Notes: a model not told the origin generated them from the sequence alone. Positions 46,518 through 56,464 are shown, counted from the stretch's first letter. The stretch is DNA of 64,000 nucleotides from Chloroflexota bacterium (GCA_026004015.1 BPIH01000005.1:31598-95597), one strand, 5' to 3'. Numbers and translations: made by a program.

Positions 46518-48458
46518 ACGAGCTCGATGAGGAGGGGGCGGACCCGGCCCCAGGCGTTCCAGAGGTCGGCCAGCTCGTCGGCCCGCTGACCGAGCAGCTC
46601 GACGAGCTCGCTCAGGGTCAGGCCACCGGCCTCCCGGGTGAGGAACTCGTCGGCGGCGATGGTCACCCGGGCGAAGAGGTCCGGGAGCTCGGCCTCGCTC
46701 GGCCAGGTTCGGATCCGCATCGGGTCGAGCCCGGCGTAGCCGACGGCGAGGGAGAGGTCCCGCTGGCTCGGCACCCGACCGTCGGCGAAGCCGCCGAGGC
46801 CGTCGAAGCGGTAGCCGAGGGCGGCCAGGGCGGCGGCGATGTCGCGACACTCGGCCGGTGTGAAGCGGCCCCAGAAGGGGTCGTCCTCGGGGAAGTCGAG
46901 GGCGTTCGCCTCGATGGCCCGGGCGATGACGGCGTCGACGAGATCGGCGAGGAGGAGCCGCCAGCGCCGTGCCTCGCCTTCGTCCGAGCCGGCGAGCCGG
47001 GCGACGAGCCGCTCGAGGACGGCGTGGTCGCCGCGGAGGAGGCGCAGGATCGCCGCTTCGCGGCCCCGCTCGACGGTGAGGGCCGCCGTGTCGTCCTCGA
47101 AGGCGAAATCGGGGCCGGCGGCGGCTCGGGGGCGCCCGCCGCGGGAGCCGGTCCGGCCGGCCCGGGCGCGCCCTCGGGCGTCGGTGCGGAGGTCGGGGCG
47201 GGCGGCGCGTGTCGAGGGCGGCGGCCGTCCTCCTCGCACTCGGCGAGGGCCTGGCGGGCGGCGAGGCAGGCCTCCTCGGCCGACTCGGCGAGGATCCGGG
47301 CGGCATCGGCCTCCGTCGCCAGGCGCTCGATCTCCGGGCCGAGCTCGGCGAGCGTCTGCGCCAGGCGGGCCGCTTCGCGAGAGGCAGCCGCCGCCTCGCG
47401 ATTGATCCGGTTGATCTCGTCGAGCCAGGCTCGGGCCGCCGCTTCCGCCTCGGCCCGACTCCGCGCCGACGCTCGGGCCACCCGGAACGCGTCCTGGGCC
47501 GCCTCCTTGGCCGCCCGAACCGCCCGAGGGTCGGCCCGGCTCGCGGCCGCCTCCGCCCTGGCCGCGGCATCGTCGTAGGCTCTCCGGGCCGCCCGGAGCC
47601 GCTCGGCCGCTTCGGCCGCCTCGGCCCGGGCTCGGGCGGCGACCTCGCACCGCTCTCGGGCGAGGAGGCGAGGGCCCGAGCACGGATCGAGGGCGCTCGC
47701 GTCCGCCGAAGCGCTGTCCGGGAGCCGATCGGGCTCGGCCGCCGGCGCCGGGCCGCCGTCGGCCCTCGCGGACGGTCCAGGTCCGCGTCGTGGGCCGGTG
47801 CCGAACCGAGGGACCGTGCCGAGGCGAGGGAGCCCCGACCGCTGGCCGGGACGCCGGCGGGCTCGCCCTCGGAACGGGGCGTCGGCCTGGCGCCGGCGGT
47901 CGCGACCATCGCCGGCGGAGTCGACGGCCTGCCCGGAGACCCGAGGACCTCGGCGAGGAGGGGATCGCGTCCGGCCTCGACGGGGATCGCCCTCCAGCCG
48001 ACGGTCGCTCGGCAGACGGCTCGTCGGCAGACGGCGCATCGGCGACCGGCTTCCCTGGAGATCGGTCCGAACGCTCGTTCGGATCGTGGCGCTGGTTCGG
48101 GCATCTCCTCGGCCGCAGCGGCTGCTCCGCGGGTCCCGCGTCCGTTGCCGCCGGAGGCCGCGGGAAGCCCGGCCTCGCCGCTCTGTCGGGCGGACTCGCG
48201 GGCCGAGCGGAGCTCCGGGTCCCGGTCCGCTCCGAGCTCGGCGGGATCGGCCGGGCCGCCGCGGGCCGGCGGGATGTCGAGGGGAGCAAGGTACGTCGCC
48301 AGCGTGGCGGGGCGGCGTGCGGCCGGGGCCGGGGCGACGGTGACGCGGATCTCCCGGGCCGGTCGGCTCCGGCCACGGGAGGCGACCGCCGCCGCGGCAC
48401 CGCCGGTGGCGCCGAGGAGGAGGCCGAAGGCTAGGAACGCGATCTCGCTCGCGGTCAC
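46514..48458 (-). pseudogene. membrane-anchored coiled-coil protein with a conserved-looking C-terminal domain, at least 2 frame changes
   Basis: N-terminus VTASEIAFLAFGLLLGATGGAAAAVA (GTG 48458, SD AGAGGA). The Ala/Arg/Glu coiled coil (ARARAEAAEAAERLRAARRAYDD...LAECEE) lies in a second frame. DFAFEDDTAALTVERG...FTPAECRDIAAALAALGYRFDG...LIELV* lies in a third frame (junction about 47110). No family recognised. Confidence 0.5.
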
Positions 48459-48740
48459 ACGATCCTCTGCGTGGTGCGGCGACGGGGATCGCCGCTGCCG
48501 AGCGTAGCTGCACGCCGCTCGGGCGTCAAATCGACCGCCGCCCGGGGCGCTACCGACGGCAGCCGTGGCGCGGGCCGCCGCCGCGGTGCCCGGTCCCGAG
48601 CAGCCATGTGGTCCCGCCCAGCGGCCCGTTTTGCGCCGATCGGCGGGCCGATGGTAGATTCCCTTCTCGCGTTCCCGCGCGGCCCCCGCCGCTCTCTCCA
48701 CGCCCCCGAGCCCGGTACAGAGGAAGGGACTGACCGAGTC

Positions 48741-50574
48741 GTGGCCATCGAGCCGCAGGAGTTTCTCGTCCAACCGGTGGACGCCTCCTGGCTCCAGTGC
48801 AACATCGAGTGCCAGGAAGGTTGCCCGGTCGGGACGAACTGCCGGGGCTACCTGAACCTCGCCGCCGAAGGGCGGTTCGAGGAGGGCTACATCCTGTCCC
48901 GGGAACCGAACCCGGTGGCGGCGATGTGCGCCTACGTCTGCTCGGCGCCCTGCGAGCGAGCCTGCCGCCGCGGCGACATCGACCGGCCCCTCGCCATCCG
49001 GGCCATGAAGCGCTTCCTCGTCGAGTGGCACGCCGCCTCGGGGATCCCCGACGTCATGCCCGACATCACCCCTCGCCCCGAGCGCGTCGCCGTCATCGGC
49101 GCCGGCCCGGCCGGCCTCTCGGTCGCCCGGGAGCTCGCCGTCAAGGGCTACCAGGTCACCGTCTACGACGCCCTCCCCTACGGCGGCGGGACGATGCTCA
49201 TCGGCGTCCCCGCCTTCCGCCTGCCCCGGGAAGCGATCGAGATGGACGTCCGCCTCGTCGAGCGGCTCGGGGTCCGCTTCGTCTACAACACGACCGTCGG
49301 CGTCGACGTCGCCTTCGAGGACCTCCAGGCCGAGTACGACGCCATCGCCATCTGCGCCGGGGCGATGAACCCCGTCGTCCTCGACGTTCCGGGGGCGGAC
49401 CTCGAGGGCGTCGAGTACGGCGTCGACTTCATGCGGAAGGCGAACCTCGGCGAGCCGCCTCGAGGTCGGCCGGGACGTCGTCGTCATCGGCGGCGGCTAC
49501 ACGGCCATGGACTGCTCGCGGACGAGCCTCCGCTACGGCGCCGAGCGGGTCGCCATCGTCTACCGCCGGACCCGCTCCGAGCTCGTCGTCGACGAGGAAG
49601 AGCTCGGCGAGACCGAGCGCGAGGGCGTCCGGATGGAGTTCCTCGCCAGCCCCCTCGAGATCATCGGCGAGAACGGCCGGGTGAAGGCCGTCCGCTTCAT
49701 CCGGAACAAGCTCGGCGAGCCCGACGCCTCGGGTCGTCGCTCGCCGATCCCGATCCCGGGCTCGGAGTTCGTCATTCCGGCCGACACCGTCATTCCCGCC
49801 GTCGGCCAGGCGGCCGACCTCTCCTTCCTCCCGGCCGAGACGAACTTCGAGATCGGCCGCGGCCGGATCCGGGTCGACCCGGCGACGTACGCCACGAACG
49901 TTCGCGGCGTCTTTGCCTGCGGCGACTTCGTCACCGGGCCGACGACCCTCATCGAGGCCGCCGGGCACGGCAAGAAGTGCGCCTACGCCATCGACCGCTA
50001 CCTCTCCGGCCAGACCGAGGTGACGGTCACCCCCAACGTCAAGATCACGAGCTCGTGGCGCCACGAGATGCCCGAGTTCTACGACGTCCTGCCCCGCCAG
50101 CACGTCCCGATGGCGCCGGTCGCAGCCCGCTTCCCGTCGACCGAGCCGACGCTGAACTTCACGACCCCCGTCGAGCTCGGCTACACGACGACCGAGGCCG
50201 TCGCCGAGGCGACCCGCTGCCTCATGTGCAACTACAACATCTGGTTCGATCCCTTCCGGTGCGTCCTCTGCGGGGCCTGCGCCGACGTCTGTCCGGAAGG
50301 CGTCATCCACATGGTCGACATCAACCAGCTCAAGAGCGAGGGCTACCTGCCCGAGCTGGAAGAGGCGTACGGCTGGGAGAACGGGGCAGCCATGGTCCTC
50401 GACGAGGAGCGCTGCATCCGCTGCGCTCTCTGCGTGAAGCGCTGCCCCTTCGATGCCATTACGATGGAGCGGTTCGAGCTCCAGGAGGTTTCGAGCGACG
50501 GGCGGCTCTACAAGGAGTCGTACCGTGACGGTCAGCTTGCCGGTCTCGCCGGCGTGGCAGGAGGAGCACGGTGA
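48741..50574 (+). pseudogene. GltD/NfnB-like NAD(P)H-dependent flavo-iron-sulfur oxidoreductase with a C-terminal 2x[4Fe-4S] ferredoxin domain, one frame change at about 49455
   Basis: N-terminal Cys clusters (CNIECQEGCPVGTNC; CAYVCSAPCERAC). VAVIGAGPAGLSVAREL...YGGGTMLIGVPAFRLP. Then, in the next frame, VVVIGGGYTAMDCSRT...FACGD. CVLCGACADVCP and CIRCALCVKRCP. The stop overlaps the cytochrome b6 GTG (GTGA). Confidence 0.75.
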
Positions 50575-51299
50575 GTTTCCTCGAGCGGGTGGATCAGACC
50601 ATTCGCCGGAGCGCCGTCTGGCGCTCGTTGTTCCGCCAGCCGTACCCGAACGACGAGCGGTCGCGGGCCTACGCGGTGATGAACAACGTCTTCCTCCACA
50701 TCCACCCGGTCCGCGTCCGCCAGCACGCCGTGAAGTTCGCCTACACCTTCTGCCTCGGCGGGCTGAGCTTCTTCCTCTTCCTCGTCCTGACCGTGACGGG
50801 CGTCTACCTCATGTTCTACTACGTCCCCTCGGCGACCCAGGCCTACTCGAACATCCTCGCCATCCAGAGCGAGGTGACCTTCGGGCTCCTGACCCGCAAC
50901 ATCCACCGCTGGGGCGCCCACCTCATGGTCTTCTTCGTCTTCCTCCACATGATGCGGGTCTTCTACCACGGCGCCTACAAGCCGCCCCGTGAGTTCAACT
51001 GGGTCGTCGGCGTCGTCCTCCTCTTCCTGACGATCATGCTCAGCTTCACCGGCTATCTCCTGCCCTGGGACCAGATCGCCTACTGGGCGATCACCATCGG
51101 CACGAACATGGGCGGCTACGCCCCGCTCTTCAACACGCCGGCGAAGCTCATCCTCCTCGGCGGGATCGAAGTCGGCCAGAACACGCTCCTCCGCTTCTAC
51201 GTCCTCCATATCATGGTCTTCCCGCTCCTGGCGGCGATCTTCCTGGCCGTCCACTTCTGGCGCATCCGGAAGGACGGCGGGATCTCGGGCCCGCTATGA
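50571..51299 (+). CDS. cytochrome b6-type subunit (N-terminal 4-helix cytochrome b)
   Basis: Intact 242 aa. Haem-ligand regions [14 protein letters not shown] and [23 protein letters not shown]. Confidence 0.9.
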   Translation: MSFLERVDQTIRRSAVWRSLFRQPYPNDERSRAYAVMNNVFLHIHPVRVRQHAVKFAYTFCLGGLSFFLFLVLTVTGVYLMFYYVPSATQAYSNILAIQSEVTFGLLTRNIHRWGAHLMVFFVFLHMMRVFYHGAYKPPREFNWVVGVVLLFLTIMLSFTGYLLPWDQIAYWAITIGTNMGGYAPLFNTPAKLILLGGIEVGQNTLLRFYVLHIMVFPLLAAIFLAVHFWRIRKDGGISGPL

Positions 51300-51388
51300 G
51301 CCGCCGAACCGGGTCAGCGTTGCCGTCTCCACCCCCGATCCCCGAGGCACGACCGAGCACCAACCGATGATCCCTGCGAGCGCCTGCC

Positions 51389-51991
51389 ATGGCTGACACG
51401 TCCACTCCACCCGAGCGACGGGTCGTCCTCCCCGTCGATCCGACCCGTCGGACCGAGATCGACAAGCAGCGGGTCCCGATGTCGGCCCGCCCCTACCGCC
51501 TCCTCGCCCTCGTCAAGCAGGATGCCGTCGTCCGGGTCCAGAAGGAACCCGACGACACGGTCATGACCTGGCCGCACCTTCTCTCCATCGAGTTCCTGGC
51601 GGCGGCGATGATGAGCATCTTCCTGCTCCTCCTCGGGCTCTTCGTCAACGCCCCCCTCGAGGAGCTCGCCAACGGGAACGTGACGCCGGCCGTGGCGAAG
51701 GCGCCCTGGTACTTCCTCGGTCTCCAGGAGCTCCTCGCCTACTTCCACCCGACCGTCGCCGGCGTCCTCGTGCCGACCTTCGTCCTCGTCGGGGCGGCGG
51801 TCATCCCCTACGTCGATCGGGGGAACCCGACGGCGACCCGGCCCTCGGAGCGGAAGACGGCCGTCGTCCTCTTCACCCTCTTCTGCATCCTGGGCCTCGT
51901 CCTGACCTTCGTCGGCATCTTCTTCCGGGGCCCCGGCTACGGGTTCGCCATCCCGTACGTGAACACCCCCGGCCTCCACTTCGCCCTCTGA
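51389..51991 (+). CDS. cytochrome b C-terminal domain / subunit IV (PetD-like)
   Basis: Intact 200 aa with a PEWY-equivalent motif (AKAPWYFLGLQELL) and 3 TM helices. Confidence 0.85.
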   Translation: MADTSTPPERRVVLPVDPTRRTEIDKQRVPMSARPYRLLALVKQDAVVRVQKEPDDTVMTWPHLLSIEFLAAAMMSIFLLLLGLFVNAPLEELANGNVTPAVAKAPWYFLGLQELLAYFHPTVAGVLVPTFVLVGAAVIPYVDRGNPTATRPSERKTAVVLFTLFCILGLVLTFVGIFFRGPGYGFAIPYVNTPGLHFAL

Positions 51992-52016
51992 GCCCGATCC
52001 GAGCGACTGACCGAGC

Positions 52017-52694
52017 ATGAGCAACTACCACGTCGAGCCGGCCCACCGCCCGCAGGCGCTGAGCACCCAGGCCCTGAAGGCCCTTCGGCGGGAGCCCGTC
52101 GAGGGGATGTCCCGCCGACAGCTCCTCCGCCTCTCCCTCGGGGCCGGCATGCTCCTCTGGCTGACGGAGGTGACGGCGGGCACCATCGGCTTCATCTGGC
52201 CGGCCCTCCGGAGCGGGTTCGGGGCGAAGATCCGGATCGGCACCCTCGACGACGTCAAGCTCGCCAACGCGAACCTCCCCATCGCCGAGGGCTTCCCGGC
52301 CTACTTCTCCGAGGCACGGGCCTTCGTCGTCCTCGTCGACCCGTCGCGCCAGGAGTTCCTGCCCGGGGAGGATCGGACCGGCGAGGGCACGGCCCTCAAC
52401 GTCCGGGCCCTCTACCAGCGCTGTCCGCACCTCGGCTGCAAGCCGAACCCGTGCCAGCGGAACTTCTGGCTCGAGTGCCCGTGCCATGGCTCGCGCTTCG
52501 ATCGGCTCGGGATCAAGGCAGCGGGTGCCCAGTTCGGGCCGGCGCCGCGGAGCATGGACCGCTTCGCCATCGAGGTCGATGCGTCGGGCGCCCTGACCAT
52601 CGATACCTCTCGGATCACCCTCGGCCCGCTGCCGATCGCCGTCGGCCAGCCGGGCATCATCCCGCCGAAGTCGCCGACGGGCTGCATCGACTGA
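52017..52694 (+). CDS. Rieske [2Fe-2S] subunit with Tat signal
   Basis: SRRQLLRLSLGAG (twin-arginine), CPHLGC ... CPCHGS cluster boxes. Confidence 0.9.
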   Translation: MSNYHVEPAHRPQALSTQALKALRREPVEGMSRRQLLRLSLGAGMLLWLTEVTAGTIGFIWPALRSGFGAKIRIGTLDDVKLANANLPIAEGFPAYFSEARAFVVLVDPSRQEFLPGEDRTGEGTALNVRALYQRCPHLGCKPNPCQRNFWLECPCHGSRFDRLGIKAAGAQFGPAPRSMDRFAIEVDASGALTIDTSRITLGPLPIAVGQPGIIPPKSPTGCID

Positions 52695-52725
52695 GCCGGC
52701 GACGAGATTCGACGCGAGGAGATCG

Positions 52726-53811
52726 ATGACCGACCAGCCTGACCGCGGGCCGGACTCGCGCCTGCCCGTCCCCCGGCCGCCGGCCGAGCCGGTCTCGCCG
52801 GACCGCTTCGCCGCCCCGCCTTCGGCGCGCCGCTTCGAGCTGACCCCGGAACGGGCGGCCCAGATCGTCCGTCAGTCGTCGAGCGCCCGCTTCGTCGGCT
52901 TCCTCGCCGTCGGGGTCGTCGTCCTCTTCGTCATCGTCTACTACTTCTACGAGCTCGGCTTCCCGGGTGGGCTGACCCAGAGCCGGCTGGCGGCCGAAAC
53001 CGAGGCCCAGCAGGTGACGGCCGTCGAACGGGGCTACAACATCTACCAGGCGAACTGCGCCCGCTGCCACGGTGCGAACGGCGAGGGTGGGATCGGCCCG
53101 AAGCTGAACGACCAGAGCAAGCTCTTCTGGCACCTCCGCGAGGACTACCTGCGGAACATCCTCGAGGTCGGTGGCCGCTACGCCTGCGGCGACCCGAACA
53201 GCCTCATGCCGGTCTGGTCCGATCGGAACGGCGGGCCCCTGAACTACAAGGCCATCGAGGACCTCATCGCCTTCCTCCGGGCGACGAACGAGCGCGAGTA
53301 CACCGTCCGGGATCCGGAGCTCTTCGAGCCCGAGATCGACCCCGAGACCGGGCGCCCGAAGACCTTCACCGGCTGGCGGGATCCGAACTGGCGGCCCGAA
53401 CCCGGGGCGACGCCCTATCCGGCCTGCTGGAAGGACGAGTTCACCTCCCCGGCCTCGCCAGCTCCCGGCCTCGCCGGCGCCTCCCCCTCCGCTCCGGCCG
53501 CCTCGCCCGGGGCCTCGGCCCCGGCCGGGGTCGTCCTCGAGATCAGCGCCCAGAACATCGCCTTCGACAAGACCGAGCTCCGGGCCCCGGCGAACACCCC
53601 CTTCCAGATCCGCTTCACGAACAACGACGCCGGCATCCCCCACAACGTCGCCATCCACGAGGGGAGCCCGACCGGACCCGAGGTCTGGCGGGGCGAGATC
53701 TTCAACGGCGTCGAGACCCGGGTCTACGACGTCCCCGCCCTGCCGGCCGGGACGTACGGCTTCATCTGCACCGTCCACCCGAACATGACGGGCACCCTCA
53801 TCGTCGAATGA
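52726..53811 (+). CDS. membrane-anchored monohaem cytochrome c fused to a type-1 copper (cupredoxin) domain
   Basis: TM FVGFLAVGVVVLFVIVYYF. CARCH haem motif with a downstream LMPVW Met region. Pro/Ala/Ser linker. Cupredoxin ligands HNVAIH ... CTVHPNM. SD GAGGAG before the ATG. Confidence 0.8.
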   Translation: MTDQPDRGPDSRLPVPRPPAEPVSPDRFAAPPSARRFELTPERAAQIVRQSSSARFVGFLAVGVVVLFVIVYYFYELGFPGGLTQSRLAAETEAQQVTAVERGYNIYQANCARCHGANGEGGIGPKLNDQSKLFWHLREDYLRNILEVGGRYACGDPNSLMPVWSDRNGGPLNYKAIEDLIAFLRATNEREYTVRDPELFEPEIDPETGRPKTFTGWRDPNWRPEPGATPYPACWKDEFTSPASPAPGLAGASPSAPAASPGASAPAGVVLEISAQNIAFDKTELRAPANTPFQIRFTNNDAGIPHNVAIHEGSPTGPEVWRGEIFNGVETRVYDVPALPAGTYGFICTVHPNMTGTLIVE

Positions 53812-53881
53812 GGCTGCCAGGCGAGCTCGGCCGGCTCGCCGCCGGCCGCCACCCGCGACCGACCGCATCGTCGATCTCCCA

Positions 53882-55341
53882 GTGACCGCAACGAGGATGG
53901 AGGAGATGGCTCAGGCTCAGCAGCTCGGCCCCGGCAAGATCCGAAAGCGTGCGCTCTTCGGGTTGCTCGACGCCGACGGCTGGTCGTGGGCGTCGATCAA
54001 GGCCTTCTTCTGGTTCATCGTCATCATCCTCATGCTCGGCTACCTCCCCGACCGGGCCTACTACTTCACGGTCTTTCCGACCATCGACCTCGGGGTCCTC
54101 GTCTGGTCGCCCGTGAACCTCTGTCCCCCGGAGAACGGGGAGAACATGCCCTGTCCGGTTCCCGCCGGGGCACCGCTGCCGTGGCAGCCCTCACCGGCCG
54201 AGCTCGGCCTGCCCGAGCCGCGGATCGGCGGCGCCGTCGTCCAGGTCGGGACCCAGCTCCTCTACATCGGCGGCTCGAACGGCTCGGCGGCGACCTCGAC
54301 GGTCTACGTCGCCAGGCTCGTCGACGGCAGCACCTTCGATCGCTGGTCCGAGGGTCCGGCCCTCCCCGAGCCGCGGGCGAACGCCGCCGTCGCCTTCTTC
54401 GGCGGCTCGGTCTACGTCATCGGCGGCACCGATGCCTCGGGCGCGCCGACCTCGACGACCTTCGTCCTCACCCCAGACCTCGCGACCGGCGAGCTCGGCA
54501 CCTGGACGACGAACGAGACCCTCGCCCTGCCAGAACCGCGGACCGAAGCCGCTGTCGTCGCCGCGCCGACGGGTCTCATCCTCGTCGGCGGGAGCGGGCC
54601 GAGCGGCCCGGTCGACACGGTCTGGCGGTCGGCCCTCGAGCGGAACGCCCTCGCTGCCTGGCAGCCCCAGGCCCCCTGGCTCGGCCCCAGTCGGGCGGCG
54701 TGGCGATGCTCGCCGGCGACTACCTCTGGTACGTCGGCGGGCGCGACGCCAGCGGCCCGGTCGGGGCGGTCCAGCGCGGCGAGTTCGGCACCGACGAGGC
54801 GACGGCCGGGAGCGTCGTTCGGTGGGGGATCCGGAACGACGTCAACCTGCCCGCGCCTCGAGCCGAGCTGACGGGCTTCACGACGAACGGCGTCCTCTAC
54901 GCCATCGGTGGCTTCGACGGCCAGGCGCCGCGGGGCGAGGTCTACTGGGCGATCCCGGACAGCCGGGGCGAGATCGGCGAGTGGAAGCACCTCGCCCAGA
55001 GCGACCTGCCGGCCGTCGGGCTGGCCGGGGCGGCCTCGGTCGTCTCCGGCTCCCACGCCTTCGTCATCGGTGGCCGAACGGCCGACGGGCTCATCGGGGC
55101 CGCCGCCCGGACGAACCTGGCGCCCCAGCCCCCCTTCTTCCAGCTCGGCCTCTTCGGGATCGTCGTGCCGGCCCTCAAGATCGAGGGCGAGATCGGCCAG
55201 CAGCTCGGCTACCTGAACGCGGCCGGTGTCGGAACGCTGAACTTCATCATCCTCGTCCTCATCGGCTGGGCCTACGCCCATCCGGACCGGGCCCGGGAGA
55301 TCGCCCGGCGGGTCCTGCGCGAGGGCGGCTCGGCGGGGTAG
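53882..55341 (+). pseudogene. Kelch-repeat beta-propeller membrane protein, one frame change at a C5 run (about 54672-54676)
   Basis: N-terminal TM (IKAFFWFIVIILMLGYL). Repeated ...LYIGG/VYVIGG/LILVGG/LWYVGG/LYAIGG/AFVIGG blades. C-terminal TM. The sequence moves from the frame of ORF 53882..54871 to that of ORF 53986..55341 (...AWQPQAP / LARPQSGGVAMLAGDYLWYVGG). Confidence 0.7.
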
Positions 55342-55382
55342 GGGCGGCGCCCGCGCCGACGCTCCTCGCCGCGTCGCTGCCA

Positions 55383-55597
55383 GCGAACACTTCGGGCGCT
55401 TCGGCCCGGCGCCTGCCGGCCGCGTCGCCCTCAGCGAACACGACGCGGTCGGGGGCGTGAGACAGGTGCGTTCTGTTCGACCCTGGCCGACGCGCCAGGC
55501 GGGCTGCCCGCCCAGACGGGCGTTGTGTTCGGTCACGGCGACGCGTTGCACGCACACCGCCTGGCACGACGCGTTCTGTTCGCCCTGGCCGACGCGC
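55383..55597. repeat. intergenic repeat cluster (GCGAACAC/GTGTTCG motifs and a 27-28-nt direct repeat)
   Basis: CAGCGAACAC occurs twice (about 55381 and 55431). GCGTTCTGTTCG(A)CCCTGGCCGACGCGC is at 55468..55495 and 55571..55597. GCGAACACGACGC / GCGTTGTGTTCGG is an imperfect inverted pair. The cluster lies in the convergent gap between the Kelch gene and rhodanese. Confidence 0.6.
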
Positions 55598-55598
55598 G

Positions 55599-56042
55599 TC
55601 AGCGCCTCGCGACGTCGCGGCGTTGTCCCTCGGCCGGCTCGGCGCGGAGGGCGTGAGGTGCCGAGGAGCGCCCGCCTACCCCAGCTCCTCCGGGTCGAGG
55701 CGGCCCGCTCCGCCAGGGGAGGCCCGCCCGGTACCAGGCGACCGTGCCGCCCTCGACGTTCGCCACGTCTCGGAACCCCGCGGCGAGGAGGTAGGCCGTC
55801 GCCGACGCCGAGCGGTTGCCCGTCGCGCAGATGACGAGGATCGAGCGATCCCGCGGGAGGTGCCGCCAGCGGTCGGGCAGCGTCCCGAGCGGGACGAGGA
55901 TCGCCCCGGCGGCGCGGACCCGCACGAACTCGTCCGGTTCCCGGACGTCGACGAGGAGCGGCCGCGCTTCGCCGGGCCCGGTGAGTCGGCGATGCGCCTC
56001 GAGGACGTCGACCGCGGGGACGCGCGGAGCGCGGCGGATCAT
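55599..56042 (-). CDS. rhodanese-domain sulfurtransferase
   Basis: LLVDVREPDEF...ILVICATGNRSASATAYL (active-site Cys loop). The C-terminal ~35 aa are low-complexity, so the true stop may differ. Confidence 0.75.
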   Translation of the reverse strand: MIRRAPRVPAVDVLEAHRRLTGPGEARPLLVDVREPDEFVRVRAAGAILVPLGTLPDRWRHLPRDRSILVICATGNRSASATAYLLAAGFRDVANVEGGTVAWYRAGLPWRSGPPRPGGAGVGGRSSAPHALRAEPAEGQRRDVARR

Positions 56043-56464
56043 CGGCGGGCTCCAGCCGCGAGCCGACGGAGCCGGGGTGCCCGGAGGGCGAGTCTCGGAG
56101 GGCGCCGTCCGCGCTCTGCCGCCGCCTCGAGCCGGCGGATCCGGAGATCGACGGCCGCAACGAGCGCGTCGACGTCGACCGGGATCGCTTCACCGGCGGC
56201 TGCGGCACCCCGTTCGAGGCGCTCCCGCGCGCCGCGGAGGTTCTTCAGGACACCGACGGGGTTGCCTCGGGCCGCGTGGACGTAGGCGGCGGCGAGCTTG
56301 ATGAGACCGGACAGCAGGTCACGCTCGACGAGGTCCGAACTGCCGAGCCAGGCCGGCTCGAGGAGCTCGTGGGCGAGGAAGTAGTCACCCCGCCGGTAGG
56401 CGGCCAGGCCGGCCCGGATCGCCGCCGCCCGCTCGGGGAGAGGGAGCGGCCGGTACGCCTTCAC
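56039..56464 (-). CDS. DUF309-domain protein
   Basis: AGLAAYRRGDYFLAHELLEPAW...LIKLAAAYVH is the DUF309 pattern. The stop overlaps the rhodanese ATG (ATGA). GTG start inferred. Confidence 0.6.
   Translation of the reverse strand: MKAYRPLPLPERAAAIRAGLAAYRRGDYFLAHELLEPAWLGSSDLVERDLLSGLIKLAAAYVHAARGNPVGVLKNLRGARERLERGAAAAGEAIPVDVDALVAAVDLRIRRLEAAAERGRRPPRLALRAPRLRRLAAGARR

Noticed and set aside
45624-49487. 1287-aa ORF on the minus strand, the longest in the track. Similar giants are 37745..40966(+), 33724..36738(-), 19575..22637(-), 29477..31927(-) (its upstream part), 4554..6749(-), 16741..19014(+) and 17636..19882(-).
   Set aside because: Their translations are dominated by Arg/Pro/Gly/Ala runs. 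They lie antisense or out of frame to genes with clear family signatures. Only short stretches, where a real gene has shifted into that frame, look like protein. Long spurious ORFs are expected at this GC content.
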